A stretch of DNA of 64,000 nucleotides from Candidatus Dadabacteria bacterium (GTDB lineage Bacteria > Desulfobacterota_D > UBA1144 > Nemesobacterales > Nemesobacteraceae), in contig OX638332.1 in assembly GCA_951812735.1 (NCBI GenBank), forward strand, positions 1,469,928 to 1,533,927, written 5' to 3'. How positions within the stretch are numbered: position 1 is the first letter of the stretch; each line of letters begins with the position of its first letter. Both the position numbers and the translations under genes were made by a program. Positions 37,037-48,046 of this stretch are shown here, piece after piece. The notes below the pieces were generated by a model, which worked only from the letters and a program-made list of their open reading frames with translations, made no database searches and was not told the origin of the DNA.

Positions 37037-39910
37037 TTATTTTGGGTTTTTAGCCGATATGGATTCTTCAAGGAGCAGGGCTACGTGAACCGGGGTTGCT
37101 TCCGTGAAATGGGATACCTGCTCGAGGCAGGAAATACCCGTTACGCAGACCCTCTCCGATTCTCCGAGGTCCCTTATTTTCGGGAAAAGGCCGCACTCTC
37201 CCATGGCTTTTGATATCTCGTAGTGCTCTTTTTCGTAACCGAAGCTCCCCGCCATCCCGCAGCACCCGGCGTCGCTAGGCTTCGCATTGTAGCCGAGGTC
37301 CCCGAGAAGCGAGAGGGTTTTTCCGAACTCCCCCACGGATCTCTCGTGACAGTGTCCGTGGACGAGTATTTCTTCCCGTTTTTGCCTCCCTGAGTTCTCC
37401 GCGCGGAGATTCTCCACTTGGGCGCAGACGAATTCGCAGACCGAGTGGATATTCGGAAGGAGCGCGCCCAGGGACTTGTTCCCCGGAAGAAGGTCTGTGT
37501 ATTCGTCTCGAAACGCGGAAAGGCAGCTTGGTTCCGAGAAAACCACAGGTATGTTCCTTTGAGCGTAAGAGGAGAGAATGTTTACGTTGTGAATAGCGTT
37601 TTTCCTCGCTTCCTCTACCATGCCGGTACTCAGCATCGGTCGCCCGCAGCATTTTCTTTGCCTCTCCAAAAGCACACAGAAACCGAGACTCTCAAGCACC
37701 CCCGTGACGGCTTTTCCTATCTCGGGGTAGAAAAACTCAGACCATGTGTCATGAAAATAGACCACTTGTCTTCCGTTTTCGAAACCCTCCTTTCTTTTGC
37801 GAAACCACCTGCTGAAAGTATCTTCGGCCATCGGAGGAAGGGATCTTCTTCGTGAAATTCCCGCGAGTGATAGCAGCCTTTGGGGAAAAGAACTCTCAAG
37901 TGCCCGGTTAAAAAAGCGAGGGAGGGCGCTACGCGCAGAGCTTATCTCGTGCACGCGGGCAAACAGTATGTCCCTTGCCGTAAATCCCGTTTTGTCTTTG
38001 TAGCGGGCGAGAAACTCGGTTTTCATCTTGCCCGCGTCAACCCCGGAAGGACATTCGCTCCGACACGCCTTGCATCCCACGCAGAGGTCGAAAACATCGT
38101 AGAATCCTTTTTCGTAGATCATCTCCTCGTCCATGTTTCCATGCAGAACTTCCCTAAGCAGGTTGGCGCGCGCTCTTGTGGTATCGCCTTCATCAAGGGT
38201 TGCTCTGTAGGAGGGACACATTACTCCCTCGGCGGTCTTTCTGCAGACCCCCTGGCCGTTGCACATAGCGGCTGCCGCTGCAAGACCTCCTTCCCGGGAC
38301 CAGTCAAGAAAAGTCGAAATACTCCCTGCGGCCCCGCTTGTTCTCAGGTTCGAGGAAGAAGTGGCCCCCTGGACTACTTTTCCGGGGTTTAGTATTCCCC
38401 GCGGGTCAAAAATGTCTTTGAGCCTTTTCATTACGGAGTAAAGCTCCTCTCCGAAGAGCTTTTCGTTAAGATAGCTTCTCTGGAGACCGTCTCCGTGCTC
38501 TCCGCTCATTACCCCCGAGTAGCGGAGAGCGAGTTCGAGGGTGCGCTCGGAGAGCGCCACCATGTCGGACACCCCTTTTTGCTCCCGAAGGTCAATAAGG
38601 GGCCTTATGTGCAGGCATCCGGCGCTTGCGTGACCGTAAAAAGCGGCCTTGAGACCGAACTCGTCGAGAAGTGAAATCACATCTTTTGTGTAGCGGGCGA
38701 GGTTTTCTGCGGGAACAGAGACATCCTCTATGCACGGCACCGGTTTCTGGCTGCCCCTGTCGCTCATCAGGATGCCGAGCCCTGCCTTTCTTATGTCCCA
38801 GATTTTTTTCTGCTCCTCCCGTCCTAGTACCGAAAACGCGGTCGCGCCCGCAACCGCTGACTCAACGGACTTTGCGAGGCTTTCTGCCCTCTCGCCGCTC
38901 TGTCTCTGGTCGTCTCCCTGAAATTCGACTACAAGGATGGCCCCGGGGTTTCCGTCAATAAAGGAGAAGACGTGGGAGAACTCTTTTTTTCTCCTGGCAA
39001 GATCTATAAGCGTTCCGTCGATGAGCTCGATTGCCGAAGGGCCGCGGGGGAGAATTTCGCAAACCGAATCCATTGCCTCTGGAATTTCTCGAAACGAGAT
39101 GACGCAAAGCGCGCTTGAGAGGGGTTTTTCCACGAGGTTAAGCTCAAAATCGGTTGAAACCGCTAGGGTGCCTTCCGAAGATGCTAGAAGTTTTGCAGGG
39201 TTGAACTTCTGGTCCAGAAAATAGTTAAGCGAGTACCCCGAAGCCCTTCTCCAGTGTCTTGGGAAATCGTTTTTTACAAGCTCTCTGTTTTGCTTTATAA
39301 GCGCGGCGAGTTTTTCGAAGAGATTCCCCGCGGTGCCGTTTCCTGCCCCGCGCCTTTCGTAGTTTTCCCGGGAAAGCTCGATGGAAGACCCGTCAGCCAG
39401 CACGACGTTTGAGGAGATAACGTGATCTCCCGCCATTCCGTACAATATGGAGTGTGCTCCCGTGGCGTTGTTAGCGACAGCTCCCCCGACGGTGGCGACG
39501 CTTGCGCTTGAGGGATCCGGTCCGAACATGAGTCCCAGGGGCGCGAGGGTTCTGTTCAGGCCGTCAATTGAGATTCCGGGCTCAACCCTGACCCTCTTCC
39601 CTGCGGTGTCCACGTCAATCACCTCGTTCATGTACTTTGAGAGATCGAGGATTATACCTTCTCCCACGGCCTGTCCCGCGAGGCTTGTCCCGGCTCCCCG
39701 CACCGTGACCGGGATATCTCGGGCGGAGGCTTCGGAGACGGTGATTCGAACGTCTTGGCGGTCCCTCGGGATTACGACTGCTTGTGGGAGAATTCTGTAG
39801 TTGCTTGCGTCCGTGCTGTAGATTGCCCGGTCAACGAGGCTTTTTCTTACTTCACCCCGTATTTGCCCGCCAAGCGTCCTGCTCAGCTCTTCGATTCTTG
39901 ATTTTTCCAT
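37037..39910 (-). CDS. FAD-binding (GlcD/PCMH-type) oxidoreductase fused to Fe-S/CCG (GlcF-like) domains, D-lactate/2-hydroxyacid dehydrogenase-like
   Basis: N-terminal FAD_binding_4 'VVIPRDRQDVRITVSEASARDIPVTVRGAGTSLAGQAVG'. 4Fe-4S 'CVGCKACRSECPSG'. C-terminal CCG repeats 'GHCHERS...GCCGMAGSFG'. Confidence 0.8.
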   Translation of the reverse strand: MEKSRIEELSRTLGGQIRGEVRKSLVDRAIYSTDASNYRILPQAVVIPRDRQDVRITVSEASARDIPVTVRGAGTSLAGQAVGEGIILDLSKYMNEVIDVDTAGKRVRVEPGISIDGLNRTLAPLGLMFGPDPSSASVATVGGAVANNATGAHSILYGMAGDHVISSNVVLADGSSIELSRENYERRGAGNGTAGNLFEKLAALIKQNRELVKNDFPRHWRRASGYSLNYFLDQKFNPAKLLASSEGTLAVSTDFELNLVEKPLSSALCVISFREIPEAMDSVCEILPRGPSAIELIDGTLIDLARRKKEFSHVFSFIDGNPGAILVVEFQGDDQRQSGERAESLAKSVESAVAGATAFSVLGREEQKKIWDIRKAGLGILMSDRGSQKPVPCIEDVSVPAENLARYTKDVISLLDEFGLKAAFYGHASAGCLHIRPLIDLREQKGVSDMVALSERTLELALRYSGVMSGEHGDGLQRSYLNEKLFGEELYSVMKRLKDIFDPRGILNPGKVVQGATSSSNLRTSGAAGSISTFLDWSREGGLAAAAAMCNGQGVCRKTAEGVMCPSYRATLDEGDTTRARANLLREVLHGNMDEEMIYEKGFYDVFDLCVGCKACRSECPSGVDAGKMKTEFLARYKDKTGFTARDILFARVHEISSARSALPRFFNRALESSFPQRLLSLAGISRRRSLPPMAEDTFSRWFRKRKEGFENGRQVVYFHDTWSEFFYPEIGKAVTGVLESLGFCVLLERQRKCCGRPMLSTGMVEEARKNAIHNVNILSSYAQRNIPVVFSEPSCLSAFRDEYTDLLPGNKSLGALLPNIHSVCEFVCAQVENLRAENSGRQKREEILVHGHCHERSVGEFGKTLSLLGDLGYNAKPSDAGCCGMAGSFGYEKEHYEISKAMGECGLFPKIRDLGESERVCVTGISCLEQVSHFTEATPVHVALLLEESISAKNPK

Positions 39911-39970
39911 GGGAACCGATGCCGGCCGGAACGTTTCAGGATAAAAGATGGCGCGTGAGGAGAAAAGTCT

Positions 39971-41170
39971 TCAGGCCTCACCGTTTTCAAAAGTTCTGAG
40001 TATCCCGTAGGTCGTGTCACGTTCGGCTGGGATTCTGCCTATTTCTCTGGTGAGTTTTCTGAATTCCTCGGGCGGGAAATACTGTCCGTAACTTGCGCCG
40101 GCAAAGCGGGATATCTGCTCTTCCATGAGCGTTCCCCCGAAATCGTTTGCCCCGGCGGTGAGAGAGAACTGCGCAAACTCGGGTCCCTGCTTGACCCAAG
40201 AAACCTGTATGTTGTTTATCCATCCCCGCAGCATCATCCGGGAGACCGCGTACATCTTCAACTGGTCAAGGTCGGTCGGCCCCTTCCTCACCTTTCCCTT
40301 GGAGTGAATGAACAGTCTGGTGTTCCAGGGAATGAACCGAAGCGGCACGAATTCCGTGAACCCTCCCGTCTCTTTCTGGATGTCTCTCAGGATCCCCAGG
40401 TGTATGGCCCAGTGATGGCGCTTGTCGAGGTGTCCGTACATTATGGTCGAGGTAGTTCTCATCCCTTCCTTGTGGGCTTTTTTCACCACCCTTATCCACA
40501 CCTCGGTCGGGATCTTCCTGGGAGCGATTACCTTTCTTACCTCTTCAACCAGAACCTCAGCCGCGGTGCCGGGGAAGGTGTTGTGGCCGACGTCCTTCAG
40601 TTTCCTTATGAATTCCTCTTCCTCTATGCCGAGGGTCTTGGCGCCGTAGTAGATTTCGTAGGGAGAAAAGGCGTGGGTGTGCATCTCGGGCACGGCCTTT
40701 TTAACTGCCTTAATAAGCTCGACGTAGAAATTGCCGTCTATCTCGGGATGCATGCCTCCCTGCATGCATACTTCCGTCGCGCCTATTTCCCAGGCCTCCA
40801 CTGTCCTCTCGGCGACTTCGTCCATCGAGAGAAAATACGCCCTCTCATCCCCCTCGTCCGCCATAAAATTGCAGAACCCGCAGTAAACATCGCATATGTT
40901 CGTGAAGTTTATGTTCCTGTTAACGACGTAGGTGACCACGTCCCCAACGTCTTCCTTTCTTATCTGGTCGGCGGCGAGCGCAAGGGCGGATATCTCGTCT
41001 GTATCCTCTATGTTGAAGAGATGAATCCCGTCCTCAACCGAGATCTCCTTTCCCGAAAGCGCGTCTTCGATTATCCGGCCCGTCGTGCCGTTTATGCGCG
41101 ACATAACTCCGTCGACGCCTATGGGCCTTCTCTGCTCTATAGAGTCTATTATTTTGTTTATGTCTTCCAT
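39971..41170 (-). CDS. cofH: 7,8-didemethyl-8-hydroxy-5-deazariboflavin (FO) synthase subunit CofH (radical SAM)
   Basis: 'CDVYCGFCNF' CxxxCxxC and CofH-specific context. Confidence 0.8.
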   Translation of the reverse strand: MEDINKIIDSIEQRRPIGVDGVMSRINGTTGRIIEDALSGKEISVEDGIHLFNIEDTDEISALALAADQIRKEDVGDVVTYVVNRNINFTNICDVYCGFCNFMADEGDERAYFLSMDEVAERTVEAWEIGATEVCMQGGMHPEIDGNFYVELIKAVKKAVPEMHTHAFSPYEIYYGAKTLGIEEEEFIRKLKDVGHNTFPGTAAEVLVEEVRKVIAPRKIPTEVWIRVVKKAHKEGMRTTSTIMYGHLDKRHHWAIHLGILRDIQKETGGFTEFVPLRFIPWNTRLFIHSKGKVRKGPTDLDQLKMYAVSRMMLRGWINNIQVSWVKQGPEFAQFSLTAGANDFGGTLMEEQISRFAGASYGQYFPPEEFRKLTREIGRIPAERDTTYGILRTFENGEA

Positions 41171-41175
41171 TTTCT

Positions 41176-42435
41176 TCAGTTTACGGGAACGTACCCGTTT
41201 TCATCAACGTGCTCCCTTACCTTGCCCAGAACGTAGGGATCTATCCACTGCTCGTCTATATATTCGGGATAGACGGGAAGTCTTTCCCTAAGCTCGTAAC
41301 CCAGTGCGCTTACCTCCCTCTCCATTCTCTCAACCTGCGGCCACGGGGCCTCGGGGTTAACGTAGTCTATTGTAAGGGGCGACACGCCGCCGAGATCATT
41401 TATGCCGGCTGTGAGGTAGAAGGTGAAGTTCCTGTTGTTAAGGTTAGGCGGTATCTGTATGTTCATCTCCCCTCCGAATATGAGCCTTGAGATGGCGACG
41501 GTCTTGAGCATCTCGAGAAAATCGGCGGGAGGATACTCCTCCATTCTTATTCCTTCCTTGGGGTTAAAGTTCTGAATTATTATCTCCTGCAGGTGACCGT
41601 GGCGGCGGGAGAGTTCCAAAAGGGCGTAGAGCGAGTCGATTCTTTCCTCAAAGGTTTCCCCTATTCCTACCAGTATGCCGCTTGTCCAGGGAATACTGAG
41701 GTCGCCCGCATACTCCATGGTCTCCATCCTGAGTTTCGGGACCTTGTCCGCGCAGCCGTGGTGGGCGTTTCCCCGCTTAAGCAGCCTCTCGCTTATGTTC
41801 TCAAGCATGAGGCCCATGCTTGGGTTGCTTTTTCTGAACTCAGAGAGTTCTTCCGGGGTCGAGAGCCCGAGGTTTGTGTGGGGAAAGATTCCGTGCTCAA
41901 GCCCGGTTTTTCCCATGTCGATCAGATACTCCGCTGTCGTTTGGTAACCGATTTCCCCGAGGGCGTCTCTGTATACCTGGTAGGCGAGTTCCGGCTTGTC
42001 ACCCGTAACGAAAAGAAGTTCCGTGCACCCGGCCTTCGCCCCTTTTTTCGCCATGTCGACGACCTCTTCGGGGGTCATGAACAGAGCTCCCTCTCCCGGC
42101 TCTATCTTGAACGTGCAGTATCCGCAGCGGTCTCTGCAGAGCTGGGTCAGGGGTACGAAAACGTTTTTGGAGTAAGTTATTGTTTTTCCCTTTGAACGGT
42201 TCCTGACAGCCGACGCTGCCAGAAGAAGAAAAGGAATTTCCCTGGGGAAAAGCTCGGTAAGGTAGAGGGCGTCTTCACGCGTGACGCTTTCTTCCTCGAT
42301 TGCTTTTGATATTACTTTCTCAAGTTTCGGGGAGGGGCGAAGCTCCGAGAAGTCTCTCGCGCTGAATGTTTCAAGCAGCATGGAGCTTTCGTTTTCGCCG
42401 AATGTTTTTTCCCAAGTCTCAGCTAAAAGGGTCAT
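41176..42435 (-). CDS. cofG: FO synthase subunit CofG (radical SAM); start set at internal Met 'MTLLAETWEK'
   Basis: 'CRDRCGYCTF' radical-SAM motif and CofG-like length from Met122 of the 540-aa ORF. The upstream 121 codons overlap the divergent P4 region and are rejected. Confidence 0.8.
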   Translation of the reverse strand: MTLLAETWEKTFGENESSMLLETFSARDFSELRPSPKLEKVISKAIEEESVTREDALYLTELFPREIPFLLLAASAVRNRSKGKTITYSKNVFVPLTQLCRDRCGYCTFKIEPGEGALFMTPEEVVDMAKKGAKAGCTELLFVTGDKPELAYQVYRDALGEIGYQTTAEYLIDMGKTGLEHGIFPHTNLGLSTPEELSEFRKSNPSMGLMLENISERLLKRGNAHHGCADKVPKLRMETMEYAGDLSIPWTSGILVGIGETFEERIDSLYALLELSRRHGHLQEIIIQNFNPKEGIRMEEYPPADFLEMLKTVAISRLIFGGEMNIQIPPNLNNRNFTFYLTAGINDLGGVSPLTIDYVNPEAPWPQVERMEREVSALGYELRERLPVYPEYIDEQWIDPYVLGKVREHVDENGYVPVN

Positions 42436-42677
42436 ATACAGAAACCACCCGTTCCTTTTTCCGCGCGGAAATAATTTTAACGCCACCAACCCCGCCTGTA
42501 AGTATCTTATACTGGGGGCGTTTTTGTCAAGGAATGTATGCAGGATTGGAGGAACCGCGTCCTTGTTCGAAAATGTGCAGAATAGGTGGTACCATTTCAC
42601 CTGAAATGACTCTGCTGAAGTTTTACAAACTGCCGGGTCCGTCCGTTCCGCTACGCCGGGACGATATTCGCGCACGG

Positions 42678-44417
42678 ATGTGCACCTGTCTCCTGCGCCT
42701 CTCCCGTAGTTCCGCCCAGGCCGCAACGGGTCTTCTTCTCCTTCTTGCCGTCGTACTCGGCGCGCAGCCGGAGCCGGCCCACGCGCAGACCACAGCAACT
42801 TACACGGTAACGTTTGAAGGCAACTGGAACACCGACAGCACGCCCGGCGGGGTTGTGGGCGGCGCGCATTTCACGACGCTAATCGGCGCCGTGCATAACA
42901 GCGATGTGAGCTTCTGGGCACCGGGCGGCACGGCCACCGCCGGCGTTGAGGGGGTGGCGGAACTTGGCGCTACGGGCACGTTCAGGTTGGAAATCACCGC
43001 CGCCGGGGCAAACGTAAAATCCACCGTCCAGGAGAGTGGGACCGGCGCCACGGGCACGAGCACGTTCGAAGTCGAATTCAGCCGTACCCATCCCCTACTT
43101 ACCCTCTTGTCCATGATCGGCCCCAGCCCGGACTGGTTCGTGGGTGTCTCCGGTCTGTCTATGCTTGATGGATCGGATGCCTGGCGATCCTCTCACACGG
43201 TAGACCTGTTTCCTTACGACGCCGGCACGGAGGACGGTGAAGAATTTTCGCTGAACAATACCGCAACCAGCCCCCGGGGAACCATCACCAGCCTCGGGGG
43301 ACAAGGGAAATTCTCCGACACGCGCATGGCGAGGCTGAGTTTCACGCTTAAGACACCTTTGCCACCCCCCCCCACGCCTCCGTCTCCCCCTGAAGAAGAG
43401 ATATGCGTCGTTTCCGAAGTGACCGATGACCGGAGCCTCAGCAGATTCGTTGAGTGCGCGGCGGAGAACATAGAGGACTCTGTCACCTTTGAGGAGACAC
43501 TTAGCCTCCTTGACGAGTTCAGAAATGACGAAGGAGACTGGAATGACGGTTCCACTTACTTTGTTCTTCTCACCAAAGGAGGTGGGGTGTACTTCCACGC
43601 CCACGCCCCCGACAGGGAAGCGGAAGACCGGAGATGGTCAGGGACTGTCTTCTGTGACGAGGAGGGAGGAGACGTGCTTAACCTGCAAGCGGGAGATGGA
43701 TGCGCCATAGAGGGCGGCGGCTACGCCCATTCGTTCTCCGCTTCCCATGTTCCCCTGACCCGCGCCGGGGACGAATTCGTCCTGCTGGGCGGTTTCGACG
43801 AAACTCCCGAGGGGGAACCTTTCACGGAGATGATTGACGGACCCTCAACGGAAGCCGGGAATGTGGATACCGAAGAAGATCTGATGAAATTCGTGGGAGA
43901 GGCGGTGAAAGCCCTCAGGAAAACCGTAGGGGATCCTCTGATTGACCCCGTGCAGCTGCGGGGAGTTCTGAGACAGGAGCCGTGGAGAGAGGGGGAAGTG
44001 TATGTTTACATCATGGATGAGACTGGAAGGGTGATATTCGACGGCGGGGACAGGAGCAAGGAGCAGAAGCTAACGGATGATTCCGGAAGGGAATACGTCG
44101 TGGGGGAGCTTATAGCGGAGGGTGAAGAAGAAGTGGGGCACGTGGAAGGCGATTTCTGGATTTACGCTGAAAAGGTAGAAGAGGACAGTCGAATATACAT
44201 CGTGGGTTCGGGGTACCAGCCCGAGCCGGGTGAAAGCGGCGACGGAGGCGGGGGCTGCGCTGTCGGAGGGAGCGGTAGCGACGGCACATTCGGCCTGTCT
44301 CTTATAGCGTTGGCGCTGCTTCTAATAGTCTTGCTTAAAGACACTCGGCGTCAGGCAAGACGTATTGAGTTGAGGCGGGGTGTTGTCGCTTGTAACCGCT
44401 TAAGAGAAACGGAATAG
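42678..44417 (+). CDS. secreted Spondin_N + Cache-like domain protein P4 with C-terminal Cys-motif/TM/basic anchor
   Basis: Signal peptide 'LLLLLAVVLGAQPEPAHA'. Spondin_N hallmarks 'AHFTTLIGAVHNSDVSFW' and 'GPSPDWFVGVSGL...YDAGTEDGEEF'. Pro-rich linker. Cache-like 'VYVYIMDETGRVIFDGG'. C-terminus 'GDGGGGCAVGGSG...LSLIALALLLIVLLKDTRRQARR'. Start assigned to Met105 of the ORF. Confidence 0.65.
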   Translation: MCTCLLRLSRSSAQAATGLLLLLAVVLGAQPEPAHAQTTATYTVTFEGNWNTDSTPGGVVGGAHFTTLIGAVHNSDVSFWAPGGTATAGVEGVAELGATGTFRLEITAAGANVKSTVQESGTGATGTSTFEVEFSRTHPLLTLLSMIGPSPDWFVGVSGLSMLDGSDAWRSSHTVDLFPYDAGTEDGEEFSLNNTATSPRGTITSLGGQGKFSDTRMARLSFTLKTPLPPPPTPPSPPEEEICVVSEVTDDRSLSRFVECAAENIEDSVTFEETLSLLDEFRNDEGDWNDGSTYFVLLTKGGGVYFHAHAPDREAEDRRWSGTVFCDEEGGDVLNLQAGDGCAIEGGGYAHSFSASHVPLTRAGDEFVLLGGFDETPEGEPFTEMIDGPSTEAGNVDTEEDLMKFVGEAVKALRKTVGDPLIDPVQLRGVLRQEPWREGEVYVYIMDETGRVIFDGGDRSKEQKLTDDSGREYVVGELIAEGEEEVGHVEGDFWIYAEKVEEDSRIYIVGSGYQPEPGESGDGGGGCAVGGSGSDGTFGLSLIALALLLIVLLKDTRRQARRIELRRGVVACNRLRETE

Positions 44418-44433
44418 GCAATCCGGTTTTTAT

Positions 44434-44447
44434 GGTGAATATTCACC
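44434..44447. promoter_or_regulatory. perfect 14-bp palindrome GGTGAATATTCACC next to a TATAAT hexamer upstream of acs; candidate operator
   Basis: Seen directly: 'atGGTGAATATTCACCgcatggtgTATAATtaag', about 130 nt upstream of the acs ATG. Confidence 0.3.
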
Positions 44448-44581
44448 GCATGGTGTATAATTAAGCCTGAAACTCAATATCATTCGGTCCTGTTTTTAAA
44501 GTTCTTCGCGGGTTCTGTATCCGGCAGGGTTTAAAGACTCGAAAGGATTTGCCAACCAAGTTTTTAAGGAACCAATAATCC

Positions 44582-46531
<1,950 letters not shown>

Positions 46532-46676
46532 ATCTTGCCAATGGTCCGATATTCCGGTTTTCAGACTGGCGGCTTAGCAGAAGGCAATAAAAACTTTACA
46601 AATCCGGAGCTGCGTTCCATGATTGTAAACGTATATGGTAGGGCGAACGGTTGAGAACGAAATCTCGGCATTTCAT

Positions 46677-47432
46677 ATGAGGCTTAACAGATTTCTTTCC
46701 GAGTGCGGAATAACATCAAGAAGAAAAGCGGATAACCTTATAAAGGCGGGACGGATAACTATAAACGGAGAGGTAGTCCGTACTCTCGGTTCCGTGGTGG
46801 ACGAAACTGCCGACACGGTTGCGCTTGACGGAAAACCCGTTCATAAGGAGAGGAAAAGATACGTAATGCTTAACAAGCCCCCTTTTTATCTTACTTCCCT
46901 TAAGTCAATGGAAGACGGAAAGAAAACGATAACGTTATTCCTGGGAGACATAGAGCAGAGGGTTTACCCCGTCGGCAGGCTTGACTACGACTCCGAGGGA
47001 CTTCTGATTCTCACAAACGACGGAGAGCTCGCGAACAGGATACATCACCCCAGCTACAAGGTGGTAAAAACTTATCTGGCCGAGATTTCGGGAGAGATAC
47101 CGGATGATCTCGAAGCGGTGCTTGGAGAAGGAGCAGAGATCGAAGAACGCTTTGCAAAGCCGGATTCCGTTAACGTTCTTCAAGCGTCCGCAGGGCGTGC
47201 GCGGGCAAGCATTTCATTTCACGAGGGAAGGAAGCATCTCGTGAAAAAGTACTTCGAGGCCTTCGGGCTTCGGGTTAGCAGGCTTAAGAGAATTTCGTGC
47301 GGCAACGTGCGTCTCGGCGAGCTTGAGAGGGGAGCATGGCGCGACCTTAACCCTGGAGAACTGAGGAGCCTTCGGAAGATGACGGGACTTTTGCCCCGCG
47401 GCGAGAAGAAAACGCCTGGAGGTGCCCCATGA
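46677..47432 (+). CDS. RsuA/RluB-family pseudouridine synthase with S4 domain
   Basis: 'MRLNRFLSECGITSRRKADNLIKAGRITINGEVV' S4 N-terminus and the catalytic 'VGRLDYDSEGLLILTNDGELANR'. Confidence 0.75.
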   Translation: MRLNRFLSECGITSRRKADNLIKAGRITINGEVVRTLGSVVDETADTVALDGKPVHKERKRYVMLNKPPFYLTSLKSMEDGKKTITLFLGDIEQRVYPVGRLDYDSEGLLILTNDGELANRIHHPSYKVVKTYLAEISGEIPDDLEAVLGEGAEIEERFAKPDSVNVLQASAGRARASISFHEGRKHLVKKYFEAFGLRVSRLKRISCGNVRLGELERGAWRDLNPGELRSLRKMTGLLPRGEKKTPGGAP

Positions 47433-48037
47433 GCAGGTTTATCACGTTTGAGGGGATAGACGGAAGCGGCAAGTCGACCCAGGCTAAGCTCCTTGCCGAT
47501 TACCTCTCTGGCAAGGGAGAGGAGGTGTTTTTCACCAAGGAACCGGGCGAGGGGAAGCTCGGCGAGGCGATAAGAAACGAAATTCTCGATCGAAGGGACA
47601 TCGATATTGAACCCTACGCCGAGCTTTGTCTCTTCTGCGCGGACAGGGCCCAGCACGTAAGGGAGCTTATAGTGCCGAAGCTCAAAGACGGCTGCACGGT
47701 CATCTGCGACCGCTACTACGATTCGACACTGGCTTATCAGGGCTTTGGAAGAGGGCTTGATCCCAACTTGGTTTCCCACATGGCCATGGCCTCGAGTCTG
47801 GGGGTTGAACCCGACATTACGTTTTTTCTCTCGATACCGGTTGAGCAGGCGCTCCTAAGGCTCAAAGACCGCGAGAAGGAGAGAAACAAAATGGACGAGG
47901 AACCGTTTGAGTTCCACAGCCGGGTAGATAGGGGCTACAGGGTACTGATTGAAAAAAGCATCCCAAGGATCAAGGTAATAGAAGCGTCTACTTCCCCAGA
48001 GGAGATTCACACGGAAATAAAGAGCTTTTTTGAGTGA
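47429..48037 (+). CDS. tmk: thymidylate kinase
   Basis: 'FITFEGIDGSGKSTQ' P-loop and the DRY-like 'CDRYYDST'. Confidence 0.9.
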   Translation: MSRFITFEGIDGSGKSTQAKLLADYLSGKGEEVFFTKEPGEGKLGEAIRNEILDRRDIDIEPYAELCLFCADRAQHVRELIVPKLKDGCTVICDRYYDSTLAYQGFGRGLDPNLVSHMAMASSLGVEPDITFFLSIPVEQALLRLKDREKERNKMDEEPFEFHSRVDRGYRVLIEKSIPRIKVIEASTSPEEIHTEIKSFFE

Positions 48038-48046
48038 ATCCGCCGC

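Noticed and set aside
40304-41236. 310-aa plus-strand ORF
   Set aside because: Antisense to cofH.
41176-42798. 540-aa version of cofG
   Set aside because: The first 121 codons have no CofG similarity and overlap the divergent P4 upstream region. Homology begins at the internal Met (42435).
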